DNA of 64,000 nt from a virus, in the IMG/VR virus record IMGVR_UViG_3300032241_000811, positions 32,001 to 96,000 of that record. One strand, given 5' to 3'. This document shows, piece after piece, positions 1 to 6,401 of the stretch; the stretch's first letter is position 1; each line of letters begins with the position of its first letter. The position numbers were made by a program, and so were the translations under genes. The notes under the pieces were generated by a model. That model was not told where the DNA came from and ran no database searches. It saw nothing but the letters and a program-made list of their open reading frames with translations.

Positions 1-190
1 GCAGCATCACATCAGTATATGGTTCTGATCCGCTTGATTGTCTTCCGGTATATTTTCTAGCCCCGGAGACACCAGATAAGCGAACATCTCCAGCCATAAT
101 AGTTATAGGTTGATTCTTGTTTTTACGGACTGCCGAGTTTATGGCGTTTATAACACCAGTTTCTTGTCTTTCGGCTGTTACACCTGCCAT
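1..190 (-). CDS. Hypothetical phage protein, 5' part (runs off the window)
   Basis: Manual translation MAGVTAERQETGVINAINSAVRK... is open to position 1; ATAAATA late-type element at ~214-220. Confidence 0.65.
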   Translation of the reverse strand, partial: MAGVTAERQETGVINAINSAVRKNKNQPITIMAGDVRLSGVSGARKYTGRQSSGSEPYTDVML

Positions 191-212
191 TTTTCAATAT
201 ACCCTTTATTAT

Positions 213-419
213 CTATTTATCTGTCTTTTGATTTGGCTTCTGCTCTGCTTTCCATTTGCCTAGGGGGCATTCAGCATAGTATAGCTTTGTTTTCATCTCC
301 ATCATACAGCCACATTGTCTGCATAGTTTGAATGTCTTGTCCAGCTTATCGCATTCCATACAGATAGACATGCGGCGATCAGACATTCCATAGCGTTCTT
401 TGAAGTAGTTGTCAAGCAT
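213..419 (-). CDS. Small Cys-rich (CxxC...CxxCGC...CP..KW) putative metal-binding protein
   Basis: ICMECDKL...CRQCGC...CPLGKW; start MLDNY placed downstream of the terminator. Confidence 0.6.
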   Translation of the reverse strand: MLDNYFKERYGMSDRRMSICMECDKLDKTFKLCRQCGCMMEMKTKLYYAECPLGKWKAEQKPNQKTDK

Positions 420-436
420 GTTAGTATATAGACAAA

Positions 437-467
437 TAAAAAAAGCGCCCTTTTGAGGGGGCGCTTT
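437..467 (-). terminator. Rho-independent terminator
   Basis: AAAGCGCCC-loop-GGGCGCTTT followed by a T-run on the minus strand. Confidence 0.8.
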
Positions 468-495
468 GAGTTTGAAAGGTAACAACTATGATATA

Positions 496-783
496 TTAGT
501 TTTGCTGAACAAGCCAGCATTCACGGTGAGGCTGTGAAACCCAAACACCCTGTCTATAATCATAATAGTCTGACCAGCGTGTTTCACACTGTCTGACAAG
601 GGTATGATTATATCGTTCGTGATGATCTTGATGGATAGCTTCACCCAAAACAAGACCACCGAAAAGCCCACCCAGGAAGATGCCAATACCTGCTGCATTA
701 TCAGCCTTTGCTGGTGCTGATGCTGCTACAAGCCCAAGGCTCAATACTGCTGCTAAGGCCACGTTATTCATATTCTTTACCAT
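496..783 (-). CDS. Secreted small protein with signal peptide and glycine-zipper, alphaproteobacterial type
   Basis: Signal peptide ending APAKA, GIFLGGLFGGLVLG, C-terminal Cys pair. Confidence 0.65.
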   Translation of the reverse strand: MVKNMNNVALAAVLSLGLVAASAPAKADNAAGIGIFLGGLFGGLVLGEAIHQDHHERYNHTLVRQCETRWSDYYDYRQGVWVSQPHRECWLVQQN

Positions 784-1233
784 TTACTTATCTTCTCCTA
801 ATGTTGCTTTAAGCATCCAGCCGTGCTTGGCATGAATGTCCATTCTATCCTGCAAAAAGTTTGCTAGTCCATCTTCTTTTGCTTCGTTTGCTAGTATATA
901 GGCTTCTTTGAGACTTGTCAAGACAATTTTGTTTGCATCCAATATATTTCTGACCATATCATCTGATACTGGAATGAGTTCATCTTCATCCACATCTGAC
1001 AACTCAATCATTCGTGCTATTGTTCCAGGTGCAAAGCCATCTATTGCTCTGATATGTTCTGCGATTGGGTCTACTGCGCCCCATAGTTCCTCATAGAACT
1101 TTTCAAAGAAACTGTGGAGTTGTGGAAAGTCTGAACCAATAACATTCCAGTGATAGCCATGTGTTTTCATATACATCACGAAAGTATTGGCTAGAACCTT
1201 CTTCATCGCATCTTGTAGTTTTTCGTTATCCAT
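784..1233 (-). CDS. dps: Dps ferritin-like DNA protection protein
   Basis: HGYHWNVIG.DF.QLH..FE...D.IAE ferroxidase motifs and KHGWML; GGAGG RBS. Confidence 0.92.
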   Translation of the reverse strand: MDNEKLQDAMKKVLANTFVMYMKTHGYHWNVIGSDFPQLHSFFEKFYEELWGAVDPIAEHIRAIDGFAPGTIARMIELSDVDEDELIPVSDDMVRNILDANKIVLTSLKEAYILANEAKEDGLANFLQDRMDIHAKHGWMLKATLGEDK

Positions 1234-1260
1234 GTATGATATAAGCCTCCGTTGCAAGAG

Positions 1261-1268
1261 TATTTATA
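1261..1268 (-). promoter_or_regulatory. T4-type late promoter TATAAATA for dps
   Basis: Exact TATAAATA upstream of the RBS. Confidence 0.7.
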
Positions 1269-1274
1269 ACACGA

Positions 1275-1496
1275 CTAACAAGATATGTTTAGAAATGTCG
1301 GGCAGTCTGGAGATGCACAAACAAATCCCATTACACCTTCCAATCTCATACCACATTTTGGGCAATGACTTATCTTATTTAATTGCGGCTTCTGTGGTAC
1401 ATAAGGTACATAAGGTGCCTCTTGTTTCTTGCCTTCATTGAATCCATCTCGCCATCCATCCCGATAGCCATTTGTATAGTCATTGTTGTCTGTCAT
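1275..1496 (-). CDS. Small zinc-ribbon protein (GY.DG repeats, CPKCG...C....CP)
   Basis: ORF track; GGAG RBS. Confidence 0.6.
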   Translation of the reverse strand: MTDNNDYTNGYRDGWRDGFNEGKKQEAPYVPYVPQKPQLNKISHCPKCGMRLEGVMGFVCASPDCPTFLNISC

Positions 1497-1512
1497 GTTA
1501 TCTCCAATAAAG

Positions 1513-1604
1513 TGGCGGAATGTACTGGATTTGAACCAGTGGTACCTTTTTAGGGGTACGGCGGTTTAGCAAACCGCTGGAATAAGCCTCTCTCCCAACA
1601 TTCC
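1513..1604 (-). tRNA. tRNA-Ser(GCT)
   Basis: GCGGT-TTGCTAA-ACCGC anticodon arm, long variable arm, CCA. Confidence 0.92.
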
Positions 1605-1608
1605 ATTA

Positions 1609-2010
1609 TTATTCAAGATAAGGTATTCATTCTTCGGCGAAAGAGCAGTTCTTAGCCCCCTTGAATAGGGGTGCAATCTGTTCGTCTTTATATCCAGCCA
1701 ATCCACAACCGACACGTGTCACAAACCATTGTGTGTTTTGGTGTGATGTGATTTGGGTATACAGACAAAAGATTTCAATTGATCTAGCTATCGTTTGTAA
1801 ATCAAGTGTTTCTATACTTTGGTTTTTGGTAGCTATAGCATAACTATTTCCACAAAGACCTTGACCAGTTCCTCATACTGCACCAAACTTTTGGAGTGCC
1901 ACTTTAGCAGCGCCAGCACCATGAATGCCAGCTAGATTGCTTCCGAATACAAACACCTCCCCGTTTTGGGGAAGTGTTCCATCTCTATGGAATGTATATA
2001 GGTATGTCAT
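1609..2010 (-). pseudogene. Macro-like phage protein (FVFGSNLAG.HGAGAA family) with two in-frame TGA codons; pseudogene or UGA read-through gene
   Basis: 134-codon frame MTYLYTFHRDG...VFVFGSNLAGIHGAGAAKVALQKFGAV*GTGQG...FVTRVGCGLAGY...FAEE*IPYLE; TGA at 1873-1875 and 1627-1629. Confidence 0.8.
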
Positions 2011-2012
2011 AT

Positions 2013-2525
2013 CTAAGCTACCTTCAGCTTACGATCTTTCTTTTGTGTCATTTGCATGATAGCATCCTTGTAGCGGTCTGCACAATAACTTGCACACCAT
2101 GCGTCTGGCTTGACCATAGGAATAACATTGCACATACCGCGAATGTATCCAACAGCTTCATTGATAACACATGAAGAACCTTCCTTGAGGTCTGGGTTGA
2201 TGTCAAGATGAATCTCAACCTCGCGCTCACCGATGATGTCAACAAGCTTCAAGTATAGTTCTGCTGTCTTCATCACCTCAGTCATCAGGCGCAAACGCGG
2301 GCGATCCTTCTGCTGGTCATAGTCACGCTCACGAGTGATTTCACCAAACACACGGCAGCCGTTCTTGCCATTTATATGGACAACAACGACATTGATGTAG
2401 TCAGCATACCAAACACCATCCATCTGGAAACGCTCGGAGTCGCCACCGATGTATACCTTTGTGTCCAGCGATTGGGTGTTTAGAAATGCTGTGAGTTCGT
2501 CTAAATCTAACTTTTTGCGTAACAT
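2013..2525 (-). CDS. RNase H-like YkuK/DUF458 family protein
   Basis: YIGGDS...RLMTEV...EIHLDIN...KPDAWCASYCAD. Confidence 0.8.
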   Translation of the reverse strand: MLRKKLDLDELTAFLNTQSLDTKVYIGGDSERFQMDGVWYADYINVVVVHINGKNGCRVFGEITRERDYDQQKDRPRLRLMTEVMKTAELYLKLVDIIGEREVEIHLDINPDLKEGSSCVINEAVGYIRGMCNVIPMVKPDAWCASYCADRYKDAIMQMTQKKDRKLKVA

Positions 2526-2535
2526 GATTTTATCC

Positions 2536-2958
2536 TTAGTTTAGTTTCAGTTCTATCCTCTGTCTGAGTTCTGTGGAACTGAAACCATGGCGGCGTTTAT
2601 TGAAATAGTAATCCATATTCAGATCACTACCGGTGAAATCTTTTCCTTTGTATTCTTCACCTAGTATTCTAACATCTATTGGTAGGGTTGTCAACAGATC
2701 ATAGAGTTCCTTTTCCGTGTTATAGACAACAATCTCATCCATAAATTTGCAAGCACGGACCTGCAAAACCCTTTCTACGATTGATTGAATGGGTTTGTTC
2801 TTTTGTGGGCGATCAATGGTTGGATCAATCTGAATACCGACTATGAGCCAATCACATTGTCTTTTTGCTTCTTCAAGCATAGTCACATGACCTGTATGAA
2901 ATAAATCAAAAGCACTGCAAGTAAATCCGATTCGTTTATGTTCCATATTATACTCCAA
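2536..2958 (-). CDS. Cytidylyltransferase (TagD/glycerol-3-phosphate cytidylyltransferase-like)
   Basis: FDLFHTGH (HxGH motif), RHGFSSTELR. Confidence 0.88.
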   Translation of the reverse strand: MEYNMEHKRIGFTCSAFDLFHTGHVTMLEEAKRQCDWLIVGIQIDPTIDRPQKNKPIQSIVERVLQVRACKFMDEIVVYNTEKELYDLLTTLPIDVRILGEEYKGKDFTGSDLNMDYYFNKRRHGFSSTELRQRIELKLN

Positions 2959-2961
2959 AAG

Positions 2962-3035
2962 TGGTGCACAGAAGTAGAATCAAACTACTGTCTCCGCGTT
3001 ACGAGGGCGGCGTTATATTACTTAACTATTCGGGC
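2962..3035 (-). tRNA. Degenerate tRNA-Thr(CGT)
   Basis: CT-CGT-AA loop and CCA end; mismatched acceptor stem; 5' end overlaps the upstream ORF stop. Confidence 0.6.
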
Positions 3036-3715
3036 ATTCTTTTATGTGTTCCAAATCTTTTTCTATCTGGAAAATGGCTGGTCAAAAACATTATTAAGGG
3101 TTTAGGGTTATTCCAACCATATTCTTTAGAAAGTAATTTTGCGTTTTCACCTGATTCATATCTCTCTAAAATTGAAGATTTGTAATTTATGCGCCTTTTA
3201 CGTAGCAGTTCTTTTTCAGTTTCAATTTTTATTTTTTGAGGGTATTTCATCGACAAAGTTTTAGATATTTTCAGTTTTGTCTCGGTTGATCTAGGAATTA
3301 CTTTATTCCATGCTAATCTTGGCTTTTTTATCTTGACTTTTTGACTCTTGAGTAAACCTTTTTCTCTTAGATTTTCTCTAAGTTTTGTTCCTCCCAGTTT
3401 ACCTCTACGCTGTCTTTCTTCTTTTGTTATCGACTGATTGATGAAACCGAATCCACCGGGCCCTCCTGGACATATATTGTAGTTTGTTTCTTTATCAGGT
3501 ACAACTAAAATCTTCTCCAAAAGATTCATGTGTTTCTCATCTTTACAGTGATGAAGAATCTCTCTATGAAAGTTCTCTATTCCATGTTTCTTTATGGAAT
3601 GATTTAGTCTCTTACCTGAGCCAAAATAACCATCGTTTAGATCATTGGTTTTATGTTTGCCGATGTAATATTTTACATTCAGTAGATTGGACGTTTTATA
3701 GATGATATAGTGCAT
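3026..3715 (-). mobile_element. Free-standing GIY-YIG (Seg-like) homing endonuclease with NUMOD3-like motif
   Basis: IIYKT...YYIGKH...GYFGSG...YNI..GG.GGF; ETKLKISKTL. Confidence 0.88.
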
Positions 3716-3719
3716 TTTG

Positions 3720-3775
3720 GAAGGCTCCAGAAAATAAACCCATATAGGTTATTTATACTTCTGGAGCCTTCGATG
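3720..3775 (-). promoter_or_regulatory. Late-promoter hairpin leader copy 1 (sequesters the RBS)
   Basis: GAAGGCTCCAGAA...TTCTGGAGCCTTC inverted repeat enclosing TATAAATA (3750-3757) and ACCTATATGGG. Confidence 0.8.
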
Positions 3776-3846
3776 TGCTCCCAACAGGTACCGACCCTGT
3801 GTCTCAGCTTTACCAAAGCTGTGTACTACCTTTGTACTATGGGAGC
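3776..3846 (-). tRNA. tRNA-Thr(GGT), no encoded CCA
   Basis: CAGCT-TTGGTAA-AGCTG; GCTCCCA/TGGGAGC acceptor. Confidence 0.85.
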
Positions 3847-3986
3847 GGGCTGATTAAATCTTTCCTTGAAACCATGTTTATTTTTTCTTCCGTTAAGAGA
3901 CGCTGATATTTTTTATTGATTTCTTCTTGATTTCTCATTTGAACCTCCACACACATTTTATACTATTTATATGTGTGTGGAGGTTT
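3837..3986 (-). pseudogene. Remnant homing endonuclease with late-promoter hairpin leader
   Basis: AACCTCCACACACAT/ATGTGTGTGGAGGTT hairpin around TATAAATA; ATG at 3938; EEINKK|ISASL NUMOD-like motif broken by a frameshift in an A6 run. Confidence 0.55.
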
Positions 3987-3990
3987 ATAG

Positions 3991-4068
3991 TGGTGCGTTT
4001 GGAGGGATTCGAACCCATCACTGTACAGCTTCTAAGACTGTTGACTCCTACCGTTGGTCTACAAACGC
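3991..4068 (-). tRNA. tRNA-Leu(TAG), short variable region
   Basis: ACAGT-CTTAGAA-GCTGT, CCA. Confidence 0.85.
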
Positions 4069-4070
4069 AT

Positions 4071-4097
4071 GTGTCTCTACCGTTGGACTACGGGCCC
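4071..4097 (-). pseudogene. 5' fragment of a tRNA-Leu-like gene
   Basis: GGGCCCG-TA-GTCCAACGGTAGAGAC; D-arm resembles that of tRNA-Leu(TAA) at 7984; stops before the anticodon. Confidence 0.55.
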
Positions 4098-4103
4098 ATA
4101 AAC

Positions 4104-4178
4104 TGGTTGTCGATGATGGAATCGAACCATCGGACTTCCCCATGTCAAGGGGACGTTGTACCATTCAACTAATCGACA
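4104..4178 (-). tRNA. tRNA-Val(GAC)
   Basis: TCCCC-TTGACAT-GGGGA, CCA. Confidence 0.88.
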
Positions 4179-4179
4179 A

Positions 4180-4255
4180 TGGTAGTCCGAGAGGGATTCG
4201 AACCCCCGACATTCTGCATGTAAAGCAGACGCAGCTACCACTGTGCTACCGGACT
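4180..4255 (-). tRNA. tRNA-Val(TAC)
   Basis: TCTGC-TTTACAT-GCAGA, CCA. Confidence 0.92.
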
Positions 4256-4261
4256 ATATTC

Positions 4262-4336
4262 TGGAGCGGGCAACGGGAATCGAACCCGTGACTCAACCTT
4301 GGCAAGGTCATATGTTACCTCTAGAACCATGCCCGC
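4262..4336 (-). tRNA. tRNA-Gly(GCC)
   Basis: TT-GCC-AA loop, GCGGGCA acceptor, U73-CCA. Confidence 0.9.
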
Positions 4337-4343
4337 AATAATT

Positions 4344-4419
4344 TGGTACCTCCGCCAAGTTTCGAACTGGGTTATCGCCCTTATGAGGAGCGCACGATGT
4401 ACAACACCGTCCCGGAGGT
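4344..4419 (-). tRNA. tRNA with CAT anticodon (Met or Ile2), atypical D-arm
   Basis: CGCTC-CTCATAA-GGGCG; ACCTCCG/CGGAGGT acceptor; CCA. Confidence 0.7.
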
Positions 4420-4425
4420 ATATAG

Positions 4426-4500
4426 TGGTGCCTCAGAACGGAATTGAACCGCTGACACCATGCTCTTCAGGCAGACGCTCTACCACTGAACTACCGAGGC
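4426..4500 (-). tRNA. tRNA-Phe(GAA)
   Basis: CT-GAA-GA loop, standard D and T arms, CCA. Confidence 0.85.
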
Positions 4501-4507
4501 ATTATTT

Positions 4508-4582
4508 TGGAGCGAGTGGCCGGAATCGAACCGGTCCTCTACAGCTTGGAAGGCTGGGGCACCACCAATATACCACACTCGC
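4508..4582 (-). tRNA. tRNA-Gly(TCC)
   Basis: CAGC-CTTCCAA-GCTG, U73-CCA. Confidence 0.9.
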
Positions 4583-4590
4583 TTTATCTC

Positions 4591-4743
4591 TTATTCGTTT
4601 AGAAGCTGCTTTGTGCTTTCCTGTAGTTGCTGCTTGTTATGTTCGTCTAGTTTAGCAACATACTGTTCATTTGTCAAGCCATGCCAGCCAACGCAAAAAC
4701 CTGTTGGTGAACGACCGCAACCACATTTCTTTTTATCTGTCAT
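4591..4743 (-). CDS. Small CDGSH-like iron-sulfur protein
   Basis: CGCGRSPTGFCVGWH resembles CxCxxSxxxxxCDGSH; AAGGA RBS. Confidence 0.7.
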   Translation of the reverse strand: MTDKKKCGCGRSPTGFCVGWHGLTNEQYVAKLDEHNKQQLQESTKQLLNE

Positions 4744-4760
4744 TTTCTTTTCCTTATAGA

Positions 4761-4855
4761 TGGCGGAAGAGGTAGGATTTGAACCCACGGAACCCGATGT
4801 TAGCGGGTTCTCCGGTTTTCAAGACCGGTGCAATCAGCCACTCTGCCACTCTTCC
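4761..4855 (-). tRNA. tRNA-Ser(TGA)
   Basis: CCGGT-CTTGAAA-ACCGG, long variable arm, CCA. Confidence 0.93.
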
Positions 4856-4864
4856 TTATATATG

Positions 4865-5272
4865 TTAGTTTTTGATGATGGTTGCTTCAATCCGACAAAC
4901 GCCAGAACCAATGCAACCCAATAATACTGCGACATGTCTTGATAGGTCGATGTCTCTTCCCTTTACATAGGGGCCGCGATCATTTACGCGAACGATAACT
5001 GTCTTGCTGTTATGTTTCAATCTCAGTTTTGTTCCAAGTGGTAAAGTCTTGTGAGCAACCGTCAATGCGTTTGGGTTGAACTTTTCTCCGCTTGCGGTAA
5101 TCTTACTTCTGCTGCATTCACCTCTGTGTGCGCAGTCATACCATGATGCTCTCATATTGCTTGCTTGAGAGTCTTGTGTTGTTGTAAATATAATACTACA
5201 TATTACAAGAGTCTTTTGGATAATGCTTTTCGTTTTTATCAATATAGATACTCCTCTTTTTATGAGCATCAT
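4865..5272 (-). CDS. rlpA: RlpA-like (DPBB) lytic transglycosylase
   Basis: ASWY...TASGE.F....LT.AHKTLPLGT...VRVNDRGPYVKGRDIDLS; CATAAATA at 5303-5310; exact start uncertain. Confidence 0.88.
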   Translation of the reverse strand: MMLIKRGVSILIKTKSIIQKTLVICSIIFTTTQDSQASNMRASWYDCAHRGECSRSKITASGEKFNPNALTVAHKTLPLGTKLRLKHNSKTVIVRVNDRGPYVKGRDIDLSRHVAVLLGCIGSGVCRIEATIIKN

Positions 5273-5336
5273 TTTCTTCTTCCGAAAAAAACAATGTAGT
5301 TCTATTTATGGCATGACCAAACCCTTGATTTTTTAA

Positions 5337-5428
5337 TGGCGCGCCAGACAGGATTCGAACCTGCATCGGACATATAATCCACTCCAGTTACCTTTGTTCG
5401 CGTTCGTAGCGCGAGGGGATACTAACGC
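5337..5428 (-). ncRNA. D-armless tRNA-like RNA with Arg(ACG) anticodon arm and enlarged variable region
   Basis: GCGTTAG/CTGGCGC acceptor, 7-nt linker, TCGCG-CTACGAA-CGCGA, T-arm, CCA. Confidence 0.7.
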
Positions 5429-5432
5429 ATAT

Positions 5433-5507
5433 TGGAGGAGCAAACAGGAATTGAACCTGTATTGAGGGATTTGCAGTCCCTTGCATCAGCCATTCTGCCA
5501 TTGCTCC
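5433..5507 (-). tRNA. tRNA-Cys(GCA) copy 1
   Basis: AGGGA-CTGCAAA-TCCCT, U73-CCA. Confidence 0.92.
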
Positions 5508-5512
5508 GTTAT

Positions 5513-5587
5513 TGGCGACCCAAGTAGGACTCAAACCCACATCTCTTCGCTTTAGAGGCGACTGCATAATCACTCTGCCATTGGGTC
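5513..5587 (-). tRNA. Amber suppressor tRNA (anticodon CTA)
   Basis: GACCCAA/TTGGGTC acceptor, TCGC-CTCTAAA-GCGA anticodon arm, G73-CCA. Confidence 0.85.
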
Positions 5588-5594
5588 ATAATTC

Positions 5595-5602
5595 TATTTA
5601 TG
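5595..5602 (-). promoter_or_regulatory. Late-type promoter CATAAATA directly upstream of the suppressor tRNA
   Basis: NATAAATA ending 7 nt before the tRNA 5' end. Confidence 0.5.
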
Positions 5603-5908
5603 GTTGTTAATGATTAACAATTCATTATTTCTATAGCAGATAATATAACGTGAATCTATCCAAGCCATATGTGGATTGTTTTTCACGTGCTCCATAATCT
5701 GATTATATGTTTCAAATTTTGGACCAGGAGCACTAAACTTAGTAAATGCCAGATATTCTTGTTTCATCATCATAACTTTAATAATGCTTTATAGAAAAAA
5801 TCATTATGATACTTGTTGAAATACAGCGTATAATAATATCCAGGTTTAATAGGTTTGTTTTCTGGATATGTAAGCCACACTTCTTCTTGATTCATATTCA
5901 TTACAAAT

Positions 5909-6139
5909 TTAATTCTTGTTATCAGTTACAGTAAAACCAAGTTCAATCAAAAAAACTCTTATCTTATCAGAAACTTCATATTCTTTATTTTGTCTATATA
6001 TATCACGAATAGCATTTAATGCCGACAATAACATTGTTATTTTATGCTTTTGATTTTCTGAATACTTAGACATTATCTGAAGTTCATTCTCTAAACGATA
6101 AATTTCATACTGTAATTCATCTTTTGTTTTGTCAGACAT
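5909..6139 (-). CDS. Small protein with CysRS C-terminal anticodon-binding-like domain
   Basis: RDIYRQNKEYEVSDKIRVFLIELGFTVTD resembles R..AR..K.(W/F)..AD.IR..L...G..(L/V).D; AGGA RBS. Confidence 0.6.
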   Translation of the reverse strand: MSDKTKDELQYEIYRLENELQIMSKYSENQKHKITMLLSALNAIRDIYRQNKEYEVSDKIRVFLIELGFTVTDNKN

Positions 6140-6156
6140 AACAAATTCCTAAAAAA

Positions 6157-6231
6157 TGGAGGAGCAAACAGGAATTGAACCTGTATTGAGGGATTTGCAG
6201 TCCCTTGCATCAGCCATTCTGCCATTGCTCC
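6157..6231 (-). tRNA. tRNA-Cys(GCA) copy 2, identical to copy 1
   Basis: Exact 77-bp direct repeat of 5433-5509. Confidence 0.92.
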
Positions 6232-6239
6232 GTAAACAC

Positions 6240-6313
6240 TGGTGCTCCCACAGGGAATTGAACCCCGAATTGATGATTACAAATCAACTGTTATACCTTT
6301 TAACTATAGGAGC
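6240..6313 (-). tRNA. tRNA-Thr(TGT)
   Basis: TT-TGT-AA loop, CCA. Confidence 0.9.
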
Positions 6314-6324
6314 ATTTATAAAAT

Positions 6325-6401
6325 TGGCTGCTCGGGTAGGGATCGAACCTACGACATCCTGATTAACAGTCAGGCGCAACTACCGGCTGTGCTACCGAGC
6401 A
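6325..6401 (-). tRNA. tRNA-Asn(GTT)
   Basis: CCTGA-CTGTTAA-TCAGG, G73-CCA. Confidence 0.93.

Noticed and set aside
3720-3775. Theta/HDV-like ribozyme in the trailers of CCA-less tRNAs
   Set aside because: The trailers fold as simple long hairpins containing a late promoter and SD; no nested double pseudoknot could be drawn.
5433-6233. Integrase-mediated prophage attL/attR
   Set aside because: The enclosed segment is only about 650 bp with no integrase; homologous recombination between tRNA genes is a simpler explanation.
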